From a virus (Duplodnaviria; Heunggongvirae; Uroviricota; Caudoviricetes), in the IMG/VR virus record IMGVR_UViG_2541047680_000004: a DNA stretch of 64,000 bases; one strand, given 5' to 3'. Both the position numbers and the translations under genes were made by a program. The notes beneath the pieces were generated by a model. The model ran no database searches. It was not told the DNA's origin and saw only the letters and a list, made by a program, of their open reading frames with translations. This document shows, in pieces, positions 49,272 through 57,749 of this stretch (positions within the stretch are counted from its first letter, which is position 1; the number at the start of each line of letters is the position of its first letter).

Positions 49272-50831
49272 ATGACTGTTCGGATTGTATCTAACGCAGT
49301 TAATGCGCTTATTTCTGGCGCAGATGACAAGGTAAAGCAACTGGTGCAACAGATGTTGAGCTACGAAGTCGAGACTGGCGACTGGAAGGGCACAAGCACA
49401 ATGTTCAACTGGAGTAAAAACTCGTTCCCTGCAGGCTTTGCCAAGCCTGTAGCGGCGAACTTGAACAAGGCGGGCATCAAATGTGTTCATATCCGCAAAG
49501 ACAAAGCCCCGGCGCTTGGAAAACCAAATCCGGCGGTTAACCCATTCCCATACAATCCTGATTATGCGTATCAGGATCAGACTGTGGAAACACTGGTTCG
49601 AGAGGGAATGATGATTGCGCAGATCGCTACTGGTGGCGGGAAATCTAACGTTGCCTGCAAAGCAGCTGCACGTATCGGTCGAATGACATTATTTTTAACA
49701 ACCCGCTCTGTTCTGATGTTTCAAATGGCCGAAAACTTCCAGAGATCCATCGACTACCGCGCCGAAAATGGCGAACCGTGGTTAAAAGACCAAAAGGTTG
49801 GAGTCATTGGCTCGGGTGAGTTCCAGGTATCACGACATATCAACGTCGCTACAGTTCAAACTCTTGCAAGTTTCCTCGAAGAACCACCACGCGATGCAAC
49901 ACCAGATAAGAAAAGCTACCACCTCAAACGTCGGGAGTTGGTGAAACGCTTCCTTTCAAGTGTCTCTCTTCTTATTCTGGAAGAGGCGCATGAGTCTTCA
50001 GGCTCAAATTTCTATGACATCGCCAGATTATGTGTGAACGCAGACTATCGTCTGGCGCTTACAGCCACGCCGTTCATGAAGGATTCGACGGAAGCCAACA
50101 TGCGCCTGATGGCGGTGGCCGGGCGAATTGAAATTAAAGTCACAGAAAAGTACCTGATTGATCGAGGCATTCTGGCAAAGCCGTACTTCCTTTATCATAA
50201 AGTTGCCTACAAGCCAGACGAGGCCAGAATCAAGGCCGAACTTGCCAACAAACACCTCAATTTTAGAGTTGGTATGAGCACCGCCTACCAAAAGGCTTAT
50301 CAGTTGGGGATCGTGTATAATTTGGGACGTAACGAGGCCATTGTTCGCGAAGCATTGCTCTATAAGCAACATTCTCTCAATTGTATGACTCTGGTTCGTC
50401 TTAAACGCCACGGGCAAATCCTGATGGAAATGATGAAAGAGTCCGGCCTTAGAGTTGACTTCATCTATGGGGAATCTAACCAGGCGACAAGGCAAGCAAA
50501 GCTGAACAGTTTAGCGTCTGGAGAAATAGATGTTTTAATAGGCTCGACTATTCTGGATGTCGGTGTTGATGTGCCAAGCGTTGGTGCGGTCATTCTTGCT
50601 GGTGGTGGGAAAGCAGAAGTTGAAATGAGGCAGCGTGTCGGTCGTGGCTTACGAGCAAAAAAAAATCAGGCAAACGTGTGTTTTATCACTGATTTCATTG
50701 ACATTAGCAACAAATACCTGTTGTCTCACTCTTATGAGCGAAAACACATCATCGACACCACACCTGGCTTTGCAGAAGGTGTATTGCCTATTGATGGAGC
50801 ATTCGATTTTGGAGTTCTGAAACGAGATTAG
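49272..50831 (+). CDS. superfamily 2 DEAH-box helicase
   Basis: Motif I ATGGGKS, motif II LILEEAHE, motif III TATP, motif VI QRVGRGLR. Confidence 0.8.
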   Translation: MTVRIVSNAVNALISGADDKVKQLVQQMLSYEVETGDWKGTSTMFNWSKNSFPAGFAKPVAANLNKAGIKCVHIRKDKAPALGKPNPAVNPFPYNPDYAYQDQTVETLVREGMMIAQIATGGGKSNVACKAAARIGRMTLFLTTRSVLMFQMAENFQRSIDYRAENGEPWLKDQKVGVIGSGEFQVSRHINVATVQTLASFLEEPPRDATPDKKSYHLKRRELVKRFLSSVSLLILEEAHESSGSNFYDIARLCVNADYRLALTATPFMKDSTEANMRLMAVAGRIEIKVTEKYLIDRGILAKPYFLYHKVAYKPDEARIKAELANKHLNFRVGMSTAYQKAYQLGIVYNLGRNEAIVREALLYKQHSLNCMTLVRLKRHGQILMEMMKESGLRVDFIYGESNQATRQAKLNSLASGEIDVLIGSTILDVGVDVPSVGAVILAGGGKAEVEMRQRVGRGLRAKKNQANVCFITDFIDISNKYLLSHSYERKHIIDTTPGFAEGVLPIDGAFDFGVLKRD

Positions 50832-50833
50832 TT

Positions 50834-51112
50834 ATGAGTGAAAAGAAAACAACTTACTGTCAGGTAGCATTGTCTGATAAGGCCAATGACAAACTTGGAA
50901 AGTTTCAAGTGAAACTAAAAGAAAAAAATATCAAAATGTCTAAGGCTGAAGTCATAAATACCATTCTGGAACAATTGACAATGGCCGACTTTGACAAGGT
51001 TATATCTTCTGTCGGGGCTTCCGCTAAGACTCGTGAGAAAATCATGCGTATCTATGAGAACTCTAATATGACAAAGGAAGATCTCGAAACGCTATTAAGC
51101 AGATTAAAATAA
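50834..51112 (+). CDS. small ribbon-helix-helix-like protein
   Basis: 92 aa; beta-strand/helix/helix pattern TYCQVALSDKANDKLGKF...SKAEVINTILEQL. Confidence 0.35.
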   Translation: MSEKKTTYCQVALSDKANDKLGKFQVKLKEKNIKMSKAEVINTILEQLTMADFDKVISSVGASAKTREKIMRIYENSNMTKEDLETLLSRLK

Positions 51113-51180
51113 TCACGCTATCAATTAGGGAGACAAAGATGAAGTCTCCCATACTGTTCACTTTCTGTTCTAAAACTATC

Positions 51181-51603
51181 ATGAAATACTCGCTTCTCCC
51201 TCTACTAACGTTACCAGTGTTGATGCTTACCGCGTGCCAATCACGCCCAATATCAATCCATGACGCCAAACCAGCACCGCAGGCCAAAGTGTTCAAGTAT
51301 CAAAGCGCAGCGCCAGCTACGTTGGTGGTAATGAGAGACACAGGTTTTGTAGGAGCTGGATGTGATGCTTCCATTTTCATCAACGGCGAAACTGTCGCAA
51401 AACTGGCTACAGGCGAAAAAGCGACTTTCCATTTAAATGCCGGAGAATTAATTGTGGGTGCATCTCTTGAAGGTGCAGGTTTATGTGCTCTAAACCCCGC
51501 TCGTCAAGAGCGAGAAACGACTCTGAAGAATGGAGACACAAAAGCGTTCAGGGTGTTCACCAGCAATTCTGGTGACATCGACATTCTGCCAACAACTCTG
51601 TGA
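51181..51603 (+). CDS. lipoprotein
   Basis: Signal peptide MKYSLLPLLTLPVLMLTA-C lipobox. Confidence 0.55.
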   Translation: MKYSLLPLLTLPVLMLTACQSRPISIHDAKPAPQAKVFKYQSAAPATLVVMRDTGFVGAGCDASIFINGETVAKLATGEKATFHLNAGELIVGASLEGAGLCALNPARQERETTLKNGDTKAFRVFTSNSGDIDILPTTL

Positions 51604-51607
51604 TGAC

Positions 51608-52132
51608 ATGACAACCAAAGATATTACCTACGGTATCCAAGCTGAACTCTGGCCGCGAGATTACACTAACGTTGAAAAACTACTGATGTTCTGGCGCAGA
51701 GAACAAATTCCTGTAAGGGTCACTCTCGAAGATGGCCAGGCGTTTTGCATGTACGTTTATGGCCTCATGCCATCTCGTAACAAAGTTGACCTTTGCCCAG
51801 CCCCTTTTGACAAAGAAAATCGTATAAGGCTCCCACTTGAACGCATTAGTACAATTGAATCAGGTGTGGTTGACAGTATCGCTCACGATTTCAAAGGTCG
51901 ACTAACAGTTCACCCTGATTATGTCGATAATCGGCCATCACGCCGCGATTTTTTTGCAATTTGCAACCAAGCCTACAAAGCAAACAAATCTATAAGGGTG
52001 TACATGGCGGATGGCCGTGAAATTGAGGGGGTGTCAGCAGGCGCAGATGCTTGTCAGGTTACACTACGTGTCGAGAACGGTAGAAAAATAGTTGTTTTGT
52101 TCGATTGGGTTGAACGAATTTTGCCTTTTTGA
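51608..52132 (+). CDS. hypothetical protein
   Basis: 175-aa ORF (internal Met with reasonable spacing after lipoprotein stop). Confidence 0.45.
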   Translation: MTTKDITYGIQAELWPRDYTNVEKLLMFWRREQIPVRVTLEDGQAFCMYVYGLMPSRNKVDLCPAPFDKENRIRLPLERISTIESGVVDSIAHDFKGRLTVHPDYVDNRPSRRDFFAICNQAYKANKSIRVYMADGREIEGVSAGADACQVTLRVENGRKIVVLFDWVERILPF

Positions 52133-52135
52133 GTT

Positions 52136-52444
52136 ATGAAATCGATATTGTTACCACCATTATTTTTACTTTGCTCAGTTGCGGCAAATGCAATGGACTA
52201 TAAGCCTGTCATTCAGTCGCTGATGAATGACGTGTGCTCAACGTCTCAGAATGTATCAGTTTGCATGTATCAATTTTCGGCAGCCGTAAAAGCAGGAAAA
52301 GCGATAGGTGAGAATGTGGAACTGTGTAAGAAAGTGGCAAATGAAGAACGGGCAATGTTGGATTGCGAATCTAGCGAGTCATCGGCACAGTTCGTTGATG
52401 CGCTATTTGACACCAATCGTAAGGCTGTAGAGTCTGTTCAATAA
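52136..52444 (+). CDS. small secreted Cys-containing protein
   Basis: Signal peptide MKSILLPPLFLLCSVAANA; four Cys in mature part. Confidence 0.5.
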   Translation: MKSILLPPLFLLCSVAANAMDYKPVIQSLMNDVCSTSQNVSVCMYQFSAAVKAGKAIGENVELCKKVANEERAMLDCESSESSAQFVDALFDTNRKAVESVQ

Positions 52445-52458
52445 ATCTATAAGGTTAA

Positions 52459-52486
52459 TAACCGGCTAAGTCCGGTTATTATTTTT
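52459..52486 (+). terminator. rho-independent terminator
   Basis: aaccggctaagtccggtt hairpin followed by T-tract. Confidence 0.55.
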
Positions 52487-52726
52487 CACATCACTTCTTT
52501 ATATCTATAAATCAAATAATCTAAATATATAAGGTCGAAAGCCGGAATCGATTATTTATTTAGGGAACACCTTCGACGATCTCGCTTTTATTTCTAGGAC
52601 TTTCATCCCTGCAAAAAAAACTTAAAAAAACACTTGCAATCTTTTTTCGCGTATCGATAATTGAACTCGTCGAAAGCGAAGACGCTAACGACAATAAATT
52701 TTAAATTTACATAAGGAAAAATTATC

Positions 52727-53377
52727 ATGGCTAACATTATCATTTCTAAAAAGTCCATCATTGAAGCTGCATCTATTGTATCCGACGAGCTGCGCGAAAA
52801 AGCAGATCTGGCAACTCAAACATATAACGAACATTATAAAAATGGTACGCACACTAAAGCAGACAAAGCAAATATGCAAGCTGCGACCACTAAACTTGCT
52901 TACTTCATCAACAACGTCGTAAACGCAGTAGAAGACGAAAAATTATGCTCTGTTTTCTACTATGCGATTAAAGCAAGCAAACAAGCGCCAGAAGTATTTT
53001 TCCGTGATGCAATGACTAATAGTTATTCTCTGGAAAAACTGGTTTATCTGGTTAAATCAATTAAATCTGGTAAATGCGTTTATTCCGTCGCTGATATGTC
53101 TGGATCTCGTGTATTCGCTTTAATCGATATGATTAACGACGAGATCGACACGTTCACTAATGGCGCTGTTTTCGATTTAATGAATGAAGCTAAAAAAGCG
53201 TGTGAAATTAAATTGGACGCTGGCTATACTCAAGCCAACCAGTTGATCAATCTTTGCGAACGTCTTGGACTTGTTGAAAAAGTCAAAGGAGCTGGGAGTG
53301 CGAAAGCTGGTACTCAGCAATATCGCTTTATTAAAAATGATTTCTACAATTATTTAGCTGATGCTTTCAAAGCGTAA
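52727..53377 (+). CDS. hypothetical protein (AT-rich cassette gene 1)
   Basis: 216-aa ORF with AT-rich codon usage, strong RBS-like aaggaaaaa upstream. Confidence 0.5.
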   Translation: MANIIISKKSIIEAASIVSDELREKADLATQTYNEHYKNGTHTKADKANMQAATTKLAYFINNVVNAVEDEKLCSVFYYAIKASKQAPEVFFRDAMTNSYSLEKLVYLVKSIKSGKCVYSVADMSGSRVFALIDMINDEIDTFTNGAVFDLMNEAKKACEIKLDAGYTQANQLINLCERLGLVEKVKGAGSAKAGTQQYRFIKNDFYNYLADAFKA

Positions 53378-53425
53378 TTAATGGAATCAAGCGCCCACTA
53401 TGGGCGCTTTAAAGGAGCTTTAAAG

Positions 53426-53629
53426 ATGGTCAGCTATGACAAGATCCGCGCGGAATATCGCGCAAAGTATCGCGCTTATAAACTGGAATTAATCGATGAT
53501 TTGATCGCGCAACGCGACCAATTAAATTTTACGTTTTCTGATTTGCTTAACAACAAGCGAGATTGCAAGCGTAAACGTGAATACTTACGTTTAAGCGCAT
53601 TAATCGGAAAACTTCAAAATTCTATTTAA
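53426..53629 (+). CDS. hypothetical small protein (AT-rich cassette gene 2)
   Basis: 67 aa; start chosen at Met with aaggag RBS; track ORF 53381..53629 begins inside a hairpin. Confidence 0.4.
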   Translation: MVSYDKIRAEYRAKYRAYKLELIDDLIAQRDQLNFTFSDLLNNKRDCKRKREYLRLSALIGKLQNSI

Positions 53630-53648
53630 TTTTTTAAGGAGCTTAATC

Positions 53649-53879
53649 ATGTTTGTTCTTATCGCTGGCGTTAACGTCCATAATGAATATTATGTTAATC
53701 GCATCGCTGGGATCGCTGGTTACGCTGGGCGCGCAGTCGAGCTTATAGATGAAACGACGCGCAAAATTGACTTATTGAGCGACCAGGAGCGAAAAAAAGC
53801 AGACGTGAACGACGCTGATATATTTTTAATGTTAAAAGCGTTTGTAGAAATGGGATTTGAAATCAGTCTACATAAATAA
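53649..53879 (+). CDS. hypothetical small protein (AT-rich cassette gene 3)
   Basis: 76-aa ORF followed by terminator. Confidence 0.4.
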   Translation: MFVLIAGVNVHNEYYVNRIAGIAGYAGRAVELIDETTRKIDLLSDQERKKADVNDADIFLMLKAFVEMGFEISLHK

Positions 53880-53883
53880 AATC

Positions 53884-53908
53884 GAGCGCCCACTATGGGC
53901 GCTTTTTT
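53884..53908 (+). terminator. rho-independent terminator
   Basis: gagcgcccactatgggcgc hairpin + TTTTTT; same hairpin without T-tract at 53,389-53,410. Confidence 0.6.
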
Positions 53909-53930
53909 CGTTTCCAATACTCCCACCAAA

Positions 53931-53956
53931 ACGCGCCAATGATGGCGCGTTTTTTA
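53931..53956 (+). terminator. rho-independent terminator (second in tandem)
   Basis: acgcgccaatgatggcgcgt hairpin + TTTTTT. Confidence 0.55.
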
Positions 53957-54370
53957 TTGTCTTTAACTCACTCCAACAACATAAAAATAAGCGCCAAAAT
54001 AACGCCATAGACGCGCTTTTATATCCTTACCAGTACATACCCATTACTTAACACATTAACGCGCTTAAAACGCGTTATATTGCGCTATAGAGTATGGTTA
54101 ATCATTGGCTTTTAGTCTTGCTTTATGATCCGCGTTTATTTGTCGGCGCGGATCGGCATTTTGTTTTGTTCCGTATCCGCTCGCGTATTATGTGCGCGTG
54201 ATTTTTCACATAATCACACCACTTAATCACGTATGTGATTATGCTACGAAAGAAATCTGGATGTCTCAGGCGACGAAAGTCATCATAATTTTCCCCGCTC
54301 ACCTGTCCGACAACCGCTGGTTGGATTCCACCAGCTTCCCGATGTTTTTTCTACACAAAGGCGAATGCAG

Positions 54371-54450
54371 CCGTTTCCCGAAAAAATCCTGGCCGTTCCC
54401 CGTCGGCTCATGAATACGTTCCTCGCCGTTTCTGAAAATTTCCCTGCGGC
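54371..54450. repeat. iteron cluster A (3-4 direct repeats, consensus CCGTTTCCCGAAA)
   Basis: ccgtttcccgaaaa / ccgttccccgtcgg / ccgtttctgaaaat / ttccctgcgg spaced about 22-33 bp. Confidence 0.6.
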
Positions 54451-54495
54451 AGCTGGTGGCTATAGAGAAAGGGCCGTTTCTGGCCCTCTTCTCAG

Positions 54496-54978
54496 TTACA
54501 CGCCATCAAGGATGTGGATGCGGTTGCTTGCGTATACATTCAGCATAAAGTTAGCGCAAAACAGTTTCCATGTATCAACGCCAGCGGTATACGTAATGTT
54601 TTTGCATTTAATCGCATTGTTGGCGATCCGCATCCCCTGCGATACTGCTTCATCGTCGGAAAATTTGAACGACGATTGAGTTTTAATCCAGACAGAAATC
54701 TGCGTAGCAAACTCAATCAGCTTAGACTGGCAGAATCGCCCGGAGCGTACCGGGAAGACGAACGTTCCGAATCCAGAATTAACCACATATGCTTTCTCAA
54801 ATACCCTCGAGTAACGACGATTGCCAATGATGTCGCGTGCAATAATGCATTTTTCTTGTGCTGACAGTTCTACCGTCTCATTGTCGCGCCATGCACCAAG
54901 TACTCGTTTTTCAATGTCAGAGAACGTTACAGCGATATTGCCATGTGCGGGTGCGTTTACAGTAGCGATAAAATTCAT
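54496..54978 (-). CDS. hypothetical protein (small-gene cassette 1)
   Basis: 160-aa ORF; operator palindrome at 54,999-55,011 upstream. Confidence 0.45.
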   Translation of the reverse strand: MNFIATVNAPAHGNIAVTFSDIEKRVLGAWRDNETVELSAQEKCIIARDIIGNRRYSRVFEKAYVVNSGFGTFVFPVRSGRFCQSKLIEFATQISVWIKTQSSFKFSDDEAVSQGMRIANNAIKCKNITYTAGVDTWKLFCANFMLNVYASNRIHILDGV

Positions 54979-55328
54979 GATTAATTCCTTATCGTAAATA
55001 ACAAATTGTTTTCTTGTTGGTGTTAATTATCGTTGTACGAATAAGGCGTCAAAGTGGAAAGTTGCGGTAGCCGGACGGGAACAGGTGGGTTTGTCGGTTG
55101 CCTGGAGGTAAGAGGTTGGTGTTTTTAGCCTGCGGGAAACAGGATGGTCATTTAAGGCCACCAATGCTGATGGCCTTAATAATTATCGACCGATTACGCT
55201 AAGGATCTTTTCCTCAACTGATTTGTTGTTGCGACTAAACTGCCTTGCGTATCTGATGACAGAAGAGGCGTTTTGCTTTCTGACCATCTCGGCTCTTTCC
55301 TTCAGGCGTTTCTTGAAATCGCCCATAT

Positions 55329-55703
55329 TTACCACCAGGCGCAGAAGGTCAGTCTGTTATTGTGAAAGTCGTGGTTCCTGATCAGGTCTTCCACAAGTTT
55401 TTTCAGCTTATCCACGTCATGCCAGTAACCTTCGTCGTACTCCTGACTGCCGAAGAAAAAACCTTCCCGAGTAGGCAAGTACTCTTCGCAATTGCTTTCG
55501 TTTATGTGCATCAAATGAGCTTTCAGAAGACAAATGTCATTCATCGTTAATTCTAAAAGCTCACAATTTTCGACTTCACCTACGTTGCGCTCCATCCACC
55601 CAACGAGCGCATTGAACTTACGGAAGTAAGCAACCTGCTTTCTGGATGCCTCGTTATTCAGATCGTTTTTAGGCTGTGTCTCGATATAGATATCAAGTCC
55701 CAT
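55329..55703 (-). CDS. hypothetical protein (small-gene cassette 2)
   Basis: ORF with AAGGAA RBS before ATG at 55,703; operator-like palindrome at 55,763-55,775. Confidence 0.4.
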   Translation of the reverse strand: MGLDIYIETQPKNDLNNEASRKQVAYFRKFNALVGWMERNVGEVENCELLELTMNDICLLKAHLMHINESNCEEYLPTREGFFFGSQEYDEGYWHDVDKLKKLVEDLIRNHDFHNNRLTFCAWW

Positions 55704-55820
55704 GATGGTTTCCTTATTAAGTTGCTTCAGTGAAATCATTTTCACAAATCAGATAAGGCAGAAAACAAATTGTTATCGGGCATAATAAAATGGCGCGGTT
55801 TACGCGCCATTTAAAGAGGA

Positions 55821-56216
55821 TTAAGCGAATACGCTTTCAGGGATTAAGGTGTCGGCAGGAATGCCAGAGGTAATGCGCAGACCGTACTGGCCAATCCAGG
55901 TGGTGCTGGTGTTCAGGCTGGAGGCGAATACGGTGTTAACCATATTCATCATGGTTTCAAACACCTCTTCATCAACCTGGCGGAAGTAGTTCTCGATTTT
56001 CAGCAGCAGCGGGTCAGTTGCATCGAGAATGGACTGGTATTGAGTCGCGTACTCGCCGTCGGAGGCATCACCTTTACGCACGATCGTACTGGCCTGTACT
56101 TCGGCACCAGTTTCGGTGTTGTACGTAACAACGGTGATTTTTGCCACATTCTTACCTTCGGCGGTTTCAGAGGCATAGTAAACATCAACTGTCAGTTTTT
56201 CGCGTTTAACGGTCAT
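55821..56216 (-). CDS. hypothetical protein (small-gene cassette 3)
   Basis: ORF with GGAGAG RBS before ATG at 56,216. Confidence 0.45.
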   Translation of the reverse strand: MTVKREKLTVDVYYASETAEGKNVAKITVVTYNTETGAEVQASTIVRKGDASDGEYATQYQSILDATDPLLLKIENYFRQVDEEVFETMMNMVNTVFASSLNTSTTWIGQYGLRITSGIPADTLIPESVFA

Positions 56217-56342
56217 TTCACTCTCCGTAGTGTATTGGTTATTTTTATATTCTATGATCGTAAGTATGTACTTACAATACAAAAAAGCCCCGTAAGGATG
56301 GCGGGGCTGTCGTACTGTCGACTAATTACCACTTGCACATTA

Positions 56343-56654
56343 TCAGGCTATTGCCATCACTGATGCTCTCTGAATTTCTTGCTGGGCCACGCGGTTAACT
56401 TCCATCAAGGCCAGTTCGAGCTGATGTTCCGGCCACATTCTTTGAAACGCCATCCAGCCTTTTCCACGCTGGCGACGAACATTCATTACATAACGAGTAA
56501 AGGTGTTTTTATCGAAAGACACCGCTGTTTCACGGAACAGACGAATAGAGGTTCCATTGGCAACGATGTCCAGCAAAGTTAATTGAGCAACCAGCGCAGG
56601 CTTCTCTTTTCTCTTCTGGTCTTTGTCCAGACCAAGAACCAATGATTTTTTCAT
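56343..56654 (-). CDS. hypothetical protein, possible DNA-binding regulator (small-gene cassette 4)
   Basis: ATG at 56,654 lies 12 bp downstream of palindrome 56,666-56,678; terminator hairpin after stop. Confidence 0.45.
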   Translation of the reverse strand: MKKSLVLGLDKDQKRKEKPALVAQLTLLDIVANGTSIRLFRETAVSFDKNTFTRYVMNVRRQRGKGWMAFQRMWPEHQLELALMEVNRVAQQEIQRASVMAIA

Positions 56655-56665
56655 CACAACTCCGT

Positions 56666-56678
56666 AAACAACTTGTTT
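56666..56678. promoter_or_regulatory. palindromic operator-like site AAACA-N3-TGTTT
   Basis: aaacaacttgttt immediately upstream of gene start 56,654. Confidence 0.5.
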
Positions 56679-56808
56679 TCTCAATGGCGTAAATAATACC
56701 AGTAAGAAAACGGCTACAAAGCATAATGATCAGGTGTATGAGCGATATGCAGGTTCTTCCCTGCGGCTACAGATGAAGTTAAGCCAGCATTGCTGGCTTT
56801 GGTTGGGT

Positions 56809-57138
56809 TTACTCGAATACTTCAAGAAACTCCTGAACGTCCCAATGCTGGACGAGGTGAAGATAGACCTTAGAAATCACGTCATTTTCGCTATCGCATG
56901 TGAAGTAGTACTTCTGGCTGCGGTTGTATGTGTCCACACAAAATTCGCTCATATCCATAAAGTCAGCATCTTCACCCATGTCGCAAATCATCAAAGCAGG
57001 TGCATCATCACGAGTCATCAGCTCCAGCACCCATCTTGAATTAATCAGAGTGGAAGACCAACCTTCCAGCTCATAGAACTGGTCAAACTCTTTTTGAGTT
57101 AATTTCTTGATTTGGTTGATGTCGATATTTGCAAACAT
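56809..57138 (-). CDS. small acidic protein (small-gene cassette 5)
   Basis: 109 aa with about 22 Asp/Glu; ATG at 57,138 is 13 bp downstream of palindrome 57,151-57,163. Confidence 0.45.
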   Translation of the reverse strand: MFANIDINQIKKLTQKEFDQFYELEGWSSTLINSRWVLELMTRDDAPALMICDMGEDADFMDMSEFCVDTYNRSQKYYFTCDSENDVISKVYLHLVQHWDVQEFLEVFE

Positions 57139-57150
57139 AAAGCAATCCTT

Positions 57151-57163
57151 AAACAACATGTTT
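57151..57163. promoter_or_regulatory. palindromic operator-like site AAACA-N3-TGTTT
   Basis: aaacaacatgttt. Confidence 0.5.
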
Positions 57164-57499
57164 TCTTGATGGTGTTATTATCGCAATAACGCACAGGCGA
57201 AAAAGGATTTTATTCCGGTGAATATGGTTTTGGCAGTGAGTTTTCAGGTTCAGTACCGAGTATACTTTTTACATTATTCTGATTTAGTGGCCGAAGGTGG
57301 CTGGTGGGCAGAATAATCCTCTCCCCGAAAACCTACTGAAATCGATTGTGACCCGTTGGCTGTCTGGCACAATTACGCTGTAGCTGGGCATTCAGAGGGA
57401 ATCCAGCGGTAAGCAAGTCCGCCTACGTGAGCGCCTCTCTTCTTCCCGCACATTACAGGTGGGTAGCCGCAACTCTCCCTCTCGCTATACCGGTACGCC

Positions 57500-57635
57500 G
57501 CCGTTCCTGAACCGGCATCGAGCCTTTTCCCGAAATCCACACAGGCAACTCGACCGTTTCCCTGAAAACCTCCAGCCGTTCCCCGAAGGCAACCCAGCCT
57601 TTTCTGTAGCGGGATGCAACCTTTTCCCTGTATGG
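57500..57635. repeat. iteron cluster B (6 direct repeats, about 22-bp period, consensus CCGTTTCCCGAAA)
   Basis: gccgttcctgaacc, gccttttcccgaaa, accgtttccctgaaaa, gccgttccccgaagg, gccttttctgtagc, accttttccctgta at about 57,501, 57,524, 57,555, 57,576, 57,598, 57,621. Confidence 0.65.
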
Positions 57636-57749
57636 ACCGAAGGCTGACCGTAGGGGTTTTACGGGGGATAAAATCAGGAGTTGAATAAATACGAAAAAGG
57701 AGGCGACACCCCTCCTTCCCTCCCCACTTATACATACCTGGCTTCTTCG

